NCBI GenBank assembly: GCA_951406725.2
Contig: OX597822.1
Location: forward strand, 67,270,001 to 67,334,000
Length of the DNA: 64,000 nucleotides
Direction: 5' to 3'
Source of the DNA: Octopus vulgaris
Lineage: Eukaryota
The first letter of the stretch is position 1; each line of letters starts with the position of its first letter. Position numbers and translations under genes: made by a program. Below, piece by piece: positions 29,464-43,082 of this stretch. The notes under the pieces were generated by a model that saw nothing but the letters and a program-made list of their open reading frames with translations, was not told the DNA's origin and made no database searches.

Positions 29464-30832
29464 TATAAAATATATTGCAACAAACTGCGTCAAATAAATA
29501 CGATAGAAAAAATAGTCCCAGACTATAGAATATGACATATTCAATTTGTGGAAAAGTATCAGTTCGGACAATATTCATCCTGAATTTTATTGATCAATAT
29601 TTTATAAGATTCTTACAGAGAATATTGTTTCCAAACAAGTGATTTCATATCAGAAAAAGTGAAACACCAATAAATGTTATTTTTCACTATTATATTGTAT
29701 AAAATATTGATGCGGGTTAATGTATTATTGTACGGAAACTGCTGTACAACAAACCAACGTGAGGACAACGAGAAAATCCTATGATCCGCTACAATGTTCA
29801 ACTACATATTTCACGAGTCACGCTATATAATAAAAAAGAAAGCGAAATGTCCATACTGTATAATGTGGTCATAGATGGGAATGTATGAAGAAATAAACGA
29901 TGTTTTAATCAGAACTAATGGATTGATGTAAACTGTGACTAAACTACGACAGTAAAAAAGAAATATAATAGAAAATGGCTGTTTAACTTAGATGAATGGA
30001 ATTTAAAACAACAGCGTTCACAATGCGTTTTATTATAACAAAAACAAAATATTTAACATAAATCTATACCGATCATGTATGAATACAATTTCATATATTA
30101 TTACCTTTAACTTTACTATCTTCCTTGTGAGGTTTATATTTCAAAGATTCTCTAAAAACCATTAATCAAATCATATTGTATGTTTGTGTTGTTCTATACT
30201 ATAAAATTTAGATTTTTTAATACATTGCAGTGAAAAAGATTTGGGTCATTGATTTATTGCCAATAACGTCAATGAAATATTACATTTGTAATGATTGGAA
30301 TTTTGGAAATCTCTCGTAGACAACAAAGAGTTCAAAGACCACTGTATGAAAATATCTCTTCGTTAAGTGTGTCAAGAGTGAACCGGTGTAATATTCATGC
30401 GCCCTTGTCGAAATTACGGAGAGTAACTCGAAGTACCAATACCGGACACAGAATATACATTCATATACGGATATACATACATACATACATACACAAACGT
30501 GAGCAAAAACACACGTATGTGTTTGTGTGTGTGTGTGTGTGTGTGTAAGAATAGGGATTGAAAGAGTGAAACGGGACTCACAACTAGCACCCCACCTTGT
30601 GCGTGTCTATAGAGAAAAAACATGCTTAAGTCTAGAATGTAATCTCACCGTCCTTTCAGAATACAGTATGTATAAAAATCAAATCTATCAAATAAATGAA
30701 GCAAAATGAGAGAATATATTTTTAATATATTAGTTGACAGCTGTTTCATAATTTATTTTAGTTACATAAGCGAAACTACAACTCCCTACACACACACATA
30801 CATATATACATACATACACATACATACACACA

Positions 30833-30926
<94 letters not shown>

Positions 30927-30929
<3 letters not shown>

Positions 30930-31450
30930 GGAACAAAAACGCAATAGAGGACATTAAAACGTTCGGGCAGATAGACGATACAAAGGCAGACAAGAGAAAT
31001 AACAATTAATAGGACAGGCAAAAAGAGACCGGTCATTCTTGGCTTTCTTTCATCACTCAAGTCCCAGAAGTCACGACCATTTTGGGCAGTTACACTTGAG
31101 ATGGTTCGATCTGGTTGCCCCAAAAGAGTCTAAGCTAAGAGCATGAGACCCCTTTGTAAGAAAGCTAGCGAATGTGTACGGCTACAAAGACAAAAAACAA
31201 ACAGACAAAAAAAACGGAGAACATGGTACACAATTACGAATACAAACAAAAATAAATAACAACAGGCGTCTTTCGACTGAGAGCGAATCAAATTGCCCTA
31301 GCGAGTATGAAGTGAAAGCCTAACGGCAGGAACGTAGTAGTTGGACATAAGAGGTGTTGGAGGTCGGCAGTCAGGCCATGAAAGAAAGATCATAGCTGGC
31401 CGGACACCGATTACGTGGAAAGAGGAGACATGGGTAAGGGTCGCTGTAAC
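30927..31450. mobile_element. unclassified repeat fragment abutting (TA)n (possible PLE pLTR remnant)
   Basis: Abrupt start after (TA)n, higher complexity than flanks; no clean ribozyme core found. Confidence 0.3.
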
Positions 31451-31670
31451 ATAGTGAAGAGACTACGCTTCAGAACATTTCATGGTCAGTAAAAACACCA
31501 GACTCTGCTACAAGTAGCACATGTTTCATTAGACAGTTGCATGCAGTAAATGTATCCGGCAGATCTTCTCAGTACAAACACTGGATTTACCATTTATGCA
31601 GTGCTCTAAGATGGCGAACATAGTAGATAAATACGATGTATGTAAAAGTATATACAATAAAGTAAATATA

Positions 31671-31828
31671 AGCGTAGGAGTGGCTTGCTTACGAAGCACA
31701 TAGTTCTGGGTTCAGTCCCACTGCGTGGCACCTTGGGCAAGTGCCTTCTACTATAGCCTCGGGCCGACCAAAGCCTTGTGAGTGAATTTCGTAGACGGAA
31801 ACTGAAAGAAGACCGTCGCATATATTTG

Positions 31829-31861
<33 letters not shown>

Positions 31862-32082
31862 ATATGTTTGTATGTCTGTGTTTGCCCCCCCCCCCAACAT
31901 CGCTTGACAACCGATGCTGGTGTGTTTACGTCCCCGTAACTTAGCAGTTAAGCAAAACAGACCGATACAATAAGTATTAGGCTTACAAAGAATAAGTCCT
32001 GCGGTCAATTTGCTCGACTAAAGGCGGTGCTCCAGCATGGCCACAGTCACTTGACTGAAACAAGTAAAAGGATAAAAGAGTA
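31671..32082 (+). mobile_element. SINE family A
   Basis: Similarity to the other copies; small deletion in head. Confidence 0.9.
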
Positions 32083-32743
32083 ATAGTAATATCAAGAAAT
32101 AAAAGATAAAATAACAAAATATAAGTTATCATGAAGATTTCTTTCCAAAGATTGGGAATATCTGTATGAATAAACCATATGATGTTAGATAGAGAAAATT
32201 ATAAACAAATAAATAAATAATCGAACACGTGAATAGAATGAAAAATATGGAGAGAAATGACGAAAAATGAATATCATTCAATATTGTTAAATATCGATAG
32301 AGGAACCCTAGATTCTTAAAAACAACGAATTTGTTTTAAGAGAGGTACTTAGGTGCATAGGAAAACGGCCGAAAGTATTCTAATTTCATGCACGGCTGAT
32401 TTAGGACATATATCATTCTAAGGCGATTGAAAACGGTACCAATACACATGCATACATCGCATACGACTATTCTCAGACACATTCCAACTAATACATTCAC
32501 ATACATACGCACACGAACACCAGTTTTCGCACTAAATGGTTTTATCAAATAGTAATTTCATAAACGGGAGAAGTTTATTGTTTTGTTTAAGTGAACAAAT
32601 CAGTCTATATCTTTATTTGCGTGACGATATTCTCGTGCATACATGCATTGACCCAAACTCTAGCGAGCTGTCAACTATAGGAATAAACATCTATTCACTA
32701 CTCGCTTCAATTCTCTTATCCGATCAATATATATAATATGATA

Positions 32744-32989
32744 TAGGGTGTTCAAAAAGTCTCTCCGCAGTTAGTATTTTATTGCAAAATAAATATTTCT
32801 AAGATGGTATAAGACTACAAAAGAATATATTAAACTTTTACAAAACTTAAAAAAAAACTTTATAAGTTTCATTTTCAATACGTAGTGTGATTCTTCTACA
32901 CATGGTTTGAAATACATCTTGGTGAGTCCTGCACTTGGAGAGTCAGGATGTAAACATATTAACTGTGAAGATACTTTTTGAATACCCTG
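32744..32989. mobile_element. ~250-bp Tc1/mariner-type MITE
   Basis: TA-flanked ~30-bp imperfect TIRs TAGGGTGTTCAAAAAGTCTCTCCGCAGTTA / TAACTGTGAAGATACTTTTTGAATACCCTG. Confidence 0.8.
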
Positions 32990-33014
32990 TATAACATATG
33001 GCATGATGTAATAA

Positions 33015-33592
33015 TAGCCTTTCTACAAAAGGCACAAAATCTGAAATTTGGTGGGAGTGGACTAGTCGATTACATCTTTCGACCCCGAAAGAATGAAAGT
33101 CGAACTAGGCGGAATTTGAACTCAGGACGTAGCGGCAGACGATATACCTATTTCTTTACTACCCTCAAGGGCTAAACACAGAGGGGACAAACAAGGACAG
33201 ACACACAGAGAGGACAAACAAGGATAGGTAAACGTATTAAGTCTATTATATCGACCCCAGTGCGTAGCTGGTACTTATTTAATCGACCCCGAAAGGATTG
33301 AAAGACAAAGTCGGCTTCGGCGGAATTTGAACTCAGAACGTAGCGGCAGACGAAATACCTATTTCTTTACTACCCACAAGCGGCTAATCACAGAGAGAAC
33401 AAACAAGGATAGACATAGGATTAAGTCGAAAAAATATCGACCCCAGTGCGTATCTGGTACTTATTTAATCGACCCCGAAAGGATGAAAGGCAAAGTCGAC
33501 CTCGGCGGAACTTGAACTCAGAACGTAGCGGCAGACGAAGAACTGCTAAGCATTTCGCCCGGCGTGCTAACGATTCTGCCAGCTCGTCGTCT
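33015..33592 (-). repeat. SINE family B trimer (single head)
   Basis: GA(A/T)ATACC-TATTTC junctions at about 33141 and 33352; head at about 33590. Confidence 0.85.
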
Positions 33593-34140
33593 TATGAATA
33601 TAATATAATATATATTTTTAATATTTCGCTTTCACATTGCAAGACTAAATACCTAGTGAACGACTTCTATGTATGTTTCAGAACGAAGAGTTAGACGAGT
33701 ATAGCGCGGTAATAAAGAAATGAGATGAGAAAAGAATAAAAGATTATCTTGTGAACTTCAGTAGCTTACAGCTGTTTCTGCAATTAATTTTTTAATATAT
33801 AAAGGCGGTGAATTGGCAGAATGCTTTGCAGTATTTCATACACCTTTACCTTCAGGGTTCAAATTCGCCCTTTTGGAGTCGAGAATATAAGTACCAGTTT
33901 CGCACTCGGTTCGATGTAATCGATAACCCTGGCCCTAAAATAAATATCAGACTATGTGTTTATAGGAGAAAGGAATATTAATTGATATTGGGAAACTTTG
34001 TTTCTCACCTGAATGTACAACAAAATAGCAGATTTAGTCTAAACAAAAGAAAAGAAAAAAAAGATTTAGTTGCTGGACCTACAAAACAACCACGGCATTC
34101 CACCATACTCCGTAAAGAATTTCCTGTTCTCATGTATACT

Positions 34141-34199
<59 letters not shown>

Positions 34200-35304
34200 A
34201 TATGTATATACGAATATGCGCTAATTTCATTCGTTTTGCTGTTTACTGAAACAATGCGCAATTTTATATTTATATCAAGTATGTTACAGAACTAGAAATA
34301 ACGCGGGATCTCACATTACATCGCTATCATCTGTAGATCTGATTGAGTTTGAAGTCTTTTTAAGAGCGAAAGAACTTTTCTTATTTCACATTCGCTTTCA
34401 AATACATATACATACGCAAAGCTTTTCTTTTCTTTTCTTTTCTTTACTTTCTAGTATTCTCTGTGTTAATTTTGTCAGCATATGTATTAACATATGTACT
34501 AACGTTTGCGTCTAAGTACGCTTCCGCCCGCCTTTTTGTGCATAATATACGCCTAAGTTAAGCTGTAGGCGATAAATTAATACTCTGAAGTCACCTGGGA
34601 TTGCATTTCACTTGCATTGTTACCATTCCGTGCCCTGAGCACGTGTTATCCTTTCGCAGTCTTTTTTTCTTTCTTCCTTTTTACTACGACTACAGAGGGA
34701 AAAAACCTCTTGATTTTTCACTGGACGATCAATAGACACTAAAACTCCCGAAGCAATGAAGAAACTTATTCAAACCAGATGATTTCTTTCGGTAGACTTT
34801 CGAGTCAAAGAAACAAGTCACCATACAAAGGGATATAGAGATGCAGAGACAGATAGATAGATAGACAGATAGAGAGCGTCAGACAGTGGAAGACCGCTGG
34901 GAGAGGTTGGTGGGAACTTAGATTATTACAGAAGGAAAAGTCAAAAGACAGAGAGGATTATCCACTTATGAATACCGCTGTAATGTAGCAAAATAGCCTT
35001 GAGGCATTAGAGCATCAAAGATTCTTCTCACAAAATTTAAATAGCCGGACAATCGGCAATAAATATTCAACAAACGATTTAGATAAACAGCTAACATTCG
35101 AAGAAGAAAATAAACCAGGAAGAAGAAAAAGAAAAGAAAAAAAAAATAGAGGAAAATCAATGGAAGCAAAAATAACTACAAAATAAGCATAGCAAAAATA
35201 CAATGATATTGGAATGCCTTTGTTGGAATATTCTTGCAATTTATCTTATTATATTCCTTTACACTCTCTTCAGGATGATGCTAAAAACGATTTTCGCTCA
35301 GATC

Positions 35305-35368
35305 ACATATACATATATATATATATGTATATATATATATATGCATATATATATATGTATATATATGC

Positions 35369-35445
<77 letters not shown>

Positions 35446-35482
35446 TATATATATATACATATATATATATGTATATATATGC

Positions 35483-35556
<74 letters not shown>

Positions 35557-35790
35557 ACAGATATACATACACACAACGTAAGATATACACGTATGTTCAT
35601 TTAGACATGGACATATATATATATATATGCACATGCGTTGCACGAAGAAGTATATTAGCGTATAAAATTCACATACGCAGTGGTGAAGAGTTACATGTAG
35701 AATTAGTTTGGATTTGGTTATACATGAATACGTGGAGAATAGAGAAACATGCAAAGTCATCTAAATTTGTAGGGATGAGCGTGTGGTACA

Positions 35791-35872
<82 letters not shown>

Positions 35873-35900
35873 CGTGTGTGTGTGCGTGTGAACGTGTGTG
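35305..35900. repeat. (TA)n-rich and (TG)n microsatellite block
   Basis: Read directly. Confidence 0.95.
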
Positions 35901-36037
35901 TGTGTGTGTGCAATTCGAAATCTTCTTCATACCATCACCATCATCATCATTATGATCTTCATCACAAACTTCTGCGTCGTCTTCACCGCCTCCGCCACCA
36001 TCACTAAATGCAGAAGTCACCGTCATTGTTGCTATCA

Positions 36038-36050
36038 TTATTATTGTTGC

Positions 36051-36133
<83 letters not shown>

Positions 36134-36150
36134 TATTATTATTATTATTA
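36038..36150. repeat. (ATT)n microsatellite
   Basis: Read directly. Confidence 0.95.
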
Positions 36151-36384
36151 GCATTAGCATTATTACCATTATCATTGTTACTATTGTCATTAGCTTTATT
36201 ATTATTGTTGTTGCTGTGTTATTTTTTCCGTTGCAGTTAAAATGTGGATAGCCGTACGCTATCCATCTTTTTAATTATATACGTAATTGAATGTACATAC
36301 GTATATGGCGATGCCCCAACGTAGTCACAGCCCTTGGGGTGGAACTATTAAAAGGGCGAAAAGAAGAGTGCATGAATGTATGTG

Positions 36385-36440
<56 letters not shown>

Positions 36441-36517
36441 CGCGCGCTCATCTTTGCGCTTGTGTGATTTCGCATTCCTACCTGCCTGTGAATACTTGTA
36501 TATAAGCAAGTATACAC

Positions 36518-36551
<34 letters not shown>

Positions 36552-36772
36552 GCATATACATACATATATATACATATATATATATTTATATATATTTATA
36601 TACAAAAATACATAGAAGATATATAAATATATATATATATATATATAGATGTACACATACAATCTTATATATTCACATATAATCTTACCCATAGTTATGT
36701 ACATACATATTATATATACATATGTGCGTTTAACATAAATATACAGACATGTATGCACATATAGGCAAATAC

Positions 36773-36809
<37 letters not shown>

Positions 36810-36819
36810 CACCTATACC

Positions 36820-36856
<37 letters not shown>

Positions 36857-36867
36857 GCACGCATACG

Positions 36868-36927
<60 letters not shown>

Positions 36928-37491
36928 CATTACACTCATACACGCATACAGACTGGCGGACATGATTTTTATGACGCTGTACAAGTCTTTGACATTTACA
37001 TGGTTCGTTAACATTGAAATAAAGTTGGATTCTTTCGTAGAAATACACAAAAGAAACGCAGGAGTTAAAATCTAAAAAAAATATCGTGGTAACAAATAAG
37101 GAGGACAATGGAAAGAAAGGAAGAAAACAAATTGACATCATCTTCATTTAGAAAACTGTAGCATGGGGTGATGGAGGAAATAAATATTTTCGAAGGCAAC
37201 GAACACATAAAACGACGATTTATGTGTATTGTTATCAGCTTAATCTCTTACGATTACAATGAACCCCTTGTGTAGAAATAGATAGGGCATGAAATAAAAG
37301 CGGCTTTGGCTTATGTGATTCTTTTTTTTTTTTTTTTTTTTTGATTTTACTGAGATTCCGGCAAAAACTGGAATAGTTATTATTTCTGCTCTGTACGACA
37401 AAAATTCAATGAGTGAAGAAATATTTTTGATTGCGCTTCACCGATTCATTTACATACACTCACAAAATACACATGCCCATAAACCTATAGG

Positions 37492-37581
<90 letters not shown>

Positions 37582-37732
37582 TATATATATGCATATATAT
37601 ATATACATATACATATATATATTGCCCTCATGTTTGAGCTCTTGGGCACTTGTAACTGCACGTGTATATATATATGATATATATGTATATAGGATATATA
37701 TATATATGTATGTATATATATATGTATACATG

Positions 37733-37798
<66 letters not shown>

Positions 37799-37896
37799 TA
37801 TGTATATATGTATAACAACTTTTGTGCTGGTGCGTGTCCCCACCAGCATTTCACGACTAATGTCATTATGTTCACATCATTGTACCTATCTATCAA

Positions 37897-37932
<36 letters not shown>

Positions 37933-37941
<9 letters not shown>

Positions 37942-38100
37942 TAAAAACAAAGGACGAAGACAGATGCATAAACAACAAGCAGATGTATTAGTTTAACGCT
38001 CAGGAAGGTGAGAAAGTATATTACGTTTCGAGTCTACGTTCTTCAACAGAAAGGAACACGAGAAAATAAATAGAAAGTGAATATAAAAAAGGTTTTCGAG
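37933..38100 (-). mobile_element. short PLE pLTR remnant with decayed hammerhead-like motif (38017-38054)
   Basis: Minus strand CTTT-CTGTTGAA-GAAC(GTAG)ACTC-GAAA-CG-TA; homologous to 13984-14160; 3' end against (TA)n. Confidence 0.65.
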
Positions 38101-38488
38101 CTATACACATATATGTGTGTATATATATATATATATACATATTATATTAAATTAGAGATAAAAGCACTATTATGTGGATAGCCGTACGCTATCCATCTTT
38201 TTAATTATATACGTAATTGAATGTACATACGTATATGGCGTTGCCCCAACGTAGTCACAGCCCTTGGGGTGGAACTATTAAAAGGGCGAAAAGAAGAGTG
38301 TATGAATCTATGTGTGTGTGTGTGCGTGTGTGTGTGTGTGTGTGTACGCGCGCTCATGTTTGCGCTTGTGTGATTTCGCATTCCTACCTGCCTATGAATA
38401 CTTGTATATATGCAAGTATACATATATATACATATATATAATTATGATGCTATGATGCTAGGTGTTTCATTATTTCGTCCCACCCCTG

Positions 38489-38555
<67 letters not shown>

Positions 38556-38793
38556 GTGCATACATACATACATACATACATACATTCATACACACACACA
38601 GAGATATATATATAGAGAGAGAGAAAGAGAGAGAGAGAGTGTGTGTATAAACACACACGTATATAGATATATACATACAAACACACAAACACTTACAACT
38701 GTACACTTGTAACTGCACGTGTATATATATATATATATGATATATATGTATATAGGATATATATATATGTATGTATATATGTATGTATGTATG

Positions 38794-38862
<69 letters not shown>

Positions 38863-39119
38863 GTTTGTATGTATATATGTATAACAACTTTTGTGCTGGT
38901 GCGTGTCCCCACCAGGATTTCATGACTAATGTTATTATGTTCACATCATTGTAACTTAGCATGCTGACAAAAGTGACTGATAGAATAAGGACAAGGCTTT
39001 TAAATAAGGACAGGGTTCTATTTGTTCGATTAAACCATTCTGGGGTTCTCTAGTTTGGCTACAATTCTGTGACAGAGACAAGTAAACAATAAAATTAACA
39101 GCAGAATAATAAGAGTTAT

Positions 39120-39548
39120 GTAGAGGGGTTAGTGGGGCTGCATCGATCCCAGTACTTAACTGTAGTTATTTTATTGACCCTGAGATGATAAAAGGAAAAG
39201 TCGACCACGGTGGTCTTTGAACTCAGAACCGATGAAGAAGACCGATGCATTGATGCTAAGCTTTTCGCCCGAATTGCTCACAATTCTGCCAACTCACTGC
39301 TTTATAAAGAATATTTATTTGGTTATTGTCCATAGAGGACTAAACATACAGGGAACAAACAAGGACTGACAAAGGGATAAAGTCGATTAGATCGACCCAG
39401 TGCGTAACTGGTACTTATTTAATCGACCCCGGAAGGATGAAAATTAAAGTCGACCTTAGTGAAATTTGAACTCAGAACGTAACGGCAGACGAAATACCGC
39501 TAAACATTTCACGCGGCGTGCTAACGTTTCTGCCAGCTCGCCGCCCTG
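39120..39548 (-). mobile_element. SINE family B copies (old plus younger)
   Basis: Central GTCGAC...GAACTCAGAAC domain twice; head GCCAGCTCGCCGCC at about 39545. Confidence 0.8.
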
Positions 39549-39893
39549 CTTTCTAAGGAACATTGGCAGGAAATAAATATTAGTCATAATTCCTCTTCTT
39601 TTAAGTACAATTCCTCGAATTTGGGAGAGAGTCTCTAGTCAATGAAATCAACTCTGATGCTCGAGTGATACTTACTTTATAGGCACCGAAAGGAAGAAGG
39701 GCAAGTTTGAATTTCCTTTCAGAACATTAAGTAATATGAACAAATCCTGTTAAACGTTTGTTTAGCGCTAATTGTCGAAGTTTGTGCCAATTCCCCGCCT
39801 TTCCACTAGTAGCTATATAAACACCATGAACACCTGCTTGCAGATTAACAGAGATAACTGAAAAAATACATATATATATGTATACATAGATAG

Positions 39894-39958
<65 letters not shown>

Positions 39959-40094
39959 CAGATGAATATGGTACTTAAGGTGAGGCACCAGAATTCAGTC
40001 GGTATTAGCCCATGCAATTTCAAAGTAAGGTTATTAAAATTAAAATTAGCAACAAAGATATCCAGAGGTAATGCAGATATCCTCTGGATATTTC

Positions 40095-40156
<62 letters not shown>

Positions 40157-40159
<3 letters not shown>

Positions 40160-40563
40160 CTTTTACTCTTTTACTCTTTTACTTGTTTCAGTTATTTGAC
40201 TGTGGCCATGCTGCAGCACCGCTTTTAGTCGACCGCAGGACTTATTCTTTGTAAGCCTAGTACTTATTCTGTCGGTCTCGTTTGCCGAAACGCTAAGTTA
40301 CGGCGACGTAAACACACCAGCATCGGTTAACAAGCGATGTTGCGGGGACAAATACAGACACACTAACATATACACATACACACATATATATATACATATA
40401 TTCGACGGGCTTCTTTCAGTTTACGTCTACCAAATCCACTCACAAGTCTTTGGTCGACCCGAGGCTATATTAGAAGACACTTGCCCAAGTTACCACGCAG
40501 TGGGGCTGTACCCGGAACCATGTGGTTGGTAAACGAGCTACTTACCACACAGCCGCTTCTACG

Positions 40564-40566
<3 letters not shown>
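40157..40566 (-). mobile_element. SINE family A, full length
   Basis: (ACTCTTTT)3 tail, conserved body and head. Confidence 0.92.
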
Positions 40567-40644
<78 letters not shown>

Positions 40645-40926
40645 GAGTAAGAAAGTTGTATTTTAATTGATGCTTTAGTCACACTTTTTCACCACTATGG
40701 GGTCCATCTAAATTTCGACCTATAATATAGGATGTCTTTAACAAACTAGCATTTATAGATGAGGCTTGCGCGTATATGCCTTTCCATACACGTGTGCTAT
40801 AATTTGTGTGTTATTATTTGAGAGTGTATATATGTAACATTCAGTATATGAATGTACATTCTCTAGATGTAACTGTTTATCTATATATCTATCTACCTAT
40901 CTAATTATATGTATATATATATATAT

Positions 40927-41651
40927 ATATATAAAAAAGGAAATGAAGAAAATGCTGACAAATAATTGAAGTAATTTAAGTAATTTAATTAGGTGAAAGT
41001 TCTATTTACCGGTTGCGCATTTGTTATGCTTATCAAAATATAAAAGAGAGATTAGAGTCTGTCTCTTATATGTGAAAAAAAGAGGCTCCAGAGTTGTTTT
41101 GGATTTGCTTGGTTTCGCGCCTAAAATTTTGATTGGTCATTATGAAGGGGTCACGTGAATGTTTGAATGGAAGTTGGTGTTGGGGTAAGAAAAAAGGCTC
41201 CAGAGAAGTTAAAATTTGGCTAGTGTCCCGCCTAAAATTTCTTATTGGCCATAATAAAGAGGTCACGTGAATGTTTAGAATTTTCGAAAATAGTGTTGTT
41301 GAAAATTCTTATTGTTCAGGCTGGTCAGTAGACGTCATGTGGATATTTTAAATAGCTTTTTAGCGCGTAGTTAGGGAGTGTATTTTCCGCTTGACTGGAT
41401 AAGTAAGTTCGTTTAGAACAGGGAGAGCTGTATGTATGTATGTGTGTGCGCGCGCGCGCGCGTGTGTGTGTTTATATGTATGTTGGGGCGCGCGCGCGTG
41501 TATATATGTGTGTGTGTGTGGGTACAATTTTCAATATTTATAGTTCTGCTGGCCTTGTGCCTGTATCGGGAAGCAACGTATTTGTGTGAAGTCAATATTT
41601 ACAGCCATTTCCAAAAAATAGTGTTGGATGTTTTGCACCCGTATTCAATTA
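40927..41651 (-). repeat. 5' inverted pseudo-LTR
   Basis: Reverse complement of 45466-46188; by eye only one substitution and a 2-nt (CG)n length difference. Confidence 0.95.
41000..41043 (-). ncRNA. variant minimal hammerhead motif (copy in inverted pLTR)
   Basis: Reverse complement of 46072-46115. Confidence 0.65.
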
Positions 41652-41786
41652 CTTCAATGTTTTGCACCCGTATTAAATTACTTCAATTATTTGTCAGCAT
41701 TTTCTTCATTTCCTTTTTTATATATCACCACTCGTGTTCGACATCTCCTTTTTTTAAATATCATATCCCCGCACGAGATACAGAAA

Positions 41787-43082
41787 ATGCCTACAAAAAC
41801 TGAAACCACCCTAATCAACTTAAACGAAGAAATCCTACAGGAACTCAAAAACATCAACACCAACCTCTCTGTACTAGTCAACAAATTGGACTCTACTAAT
41901 GAGGAAACCATTACCGGACACAAACCCTCCGAAATCGGCGATAAGCTACAAACTCTGTGTGATACGATCCACACCTTTTTCACCACCACCAACCCAGCCA
42001 AAAACAAAGAAGAACCATGTCAAATTGATTCATACAAACTGAAAAATCATATAATCCCAGAATGGAACAAATCCCTCAGAGACAGAAAGTTCTCCTTCTG
42101 GAAAATGATTAGAAACAACAACAAGGCCGAGATATACGAAAAATGGATGAACTCTACTCCTCTAACTCTTCCCCGCAAAATACAATTAAAAGCCATTCCC
42201 AATGAACCTGAACCTCAAAGACGACTTAGGGAAAAAATGGCATTAGAGAGACTGAAAACAGAGATTGAACTTCTCAAATTAAGGGCCCAAACAAATGAGG
42301 AAAGAGTCAAAACAATCGATGAAGAGATCCTCCTCGTAATAAATAACAAGGCCGAAAGCCTACACATAGAGAAGATCTCCAAGTTATGGAAAGATGACTG
42401 CAACAAAGAGGAACTAAAATCCCTACAACGCTGGGAAAAAAGTGCCGCCTGGTTCCTAAACTATGAATCGACTTTCAAAACGGATTACTCTTCCAATAAC
42501 CCGTTCATAAAAATGGGAAAACCAGGAACCCAACCACACAACTACTCCGCCAACCCTCCAACCTTGAACAAAAGAAGGAAACAGCATATTGAAGATGTAC
42601 CTTCTTACCCCATGTCCATAAGGAGGAACAAGAACCCTGGAAACTCTCACCACCAGAATTACATTAACGAATTTCCCTCTTCAAGGAGACGCTATACACA
42701 ACAACTCAACAACTACTCGAATACCTTATTAACAAATAAAAGAGGGTCCCACTACCAGGATAGACACAACAACATCCACACCACGAGGGGACAACAAGGT
42801 AATTTTCACTTTCTCAACTCTCACAATACACAACAAACCCATACCACTCGATACAAGCACCCACGCAGGCCACTCATATCACCACAATCCATCACAACAC
42901 AAAGAAACACACACCAACACCCGCAATACAGGAACACCCCATTCTATCCACAACCACGAACCCGAACCATATTTCACAACAAGGAATATAACAAACACAC
43001 AGGACCTCCTAACACCAACAGACAACCCCTCTACCCCAACCATTTTTTAGACACAGCACACAGATACAGGCAAACAAAATAA
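41787..43082 (+). CDS. PLE ORF1, 431 aa; helical/coiled-coil-like N-half and basic low-complexity (Q/N/H/R/T/P) C-half
   Basis: Uninterrupted frame from ATG 41787 (MPTKTET) to TAA 43080-43082; the upstream in-frame extension to 41628 lies in the pLTR junction; same A/C-rich composition as the RT ORF. Confidence 0.8.
   Translation: MPTKTETTLINLNEEILQELKNINTNLSVLVNKLDSTNEETITGHKPSEIGDKLQTLCDTIHTFFTTTNPAKNKEEPCQIDSYKLKNHIIPEWNKSLRDRKFSFWKMIRNNNKAEIYEKWMNSTPLTLPRKIQLKAIPNEPEPQRRLREKMALERLKTEIELLKLRAQTNEERVKTIDEEILLVINNKAESLHIEKISKLWKDDCNKEELKSLQRWEKSAAWFLNYESTFKTDYSSNNPFIKMGKPGTQPHNYSANPPTLNKRRKQHIEDVPSYPMSIRRNKNPGNSHHQNYINEFPSSRRRYTQQLNNYSNTLLTNKRGSHYQDRHNNIHTTRGQQGNFHFLNSHNTQQTHTTRYKHPRRPLISPQSITTQRNTHQHPQYRNTPFYPQPRTRTIFHNKEYNKHTGPPNTNRQPLYPNHFLDTAHRYRQTK
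43043..43049 (+). promoter_or_regulatory. candidate -1 ribosomal frameshift heptamer T TTT TTA
   Basis: In X XXY YYZ phase with ORF1 codons (CAT TTT TTA GAC); -1 frame is open from 43013, has no ATG, and encodes VINLTNTEPNPNLLNLLSKGLKFPPTPP. Confidence 0.65.

Noticed and set aside
41628-41786. N-terminal 53 aa of the 484-aa ORF call
   Set aside because: Starts inside the inverted pLTR and the 29-bp junction duplication; ATG 41787 is the more plausible start
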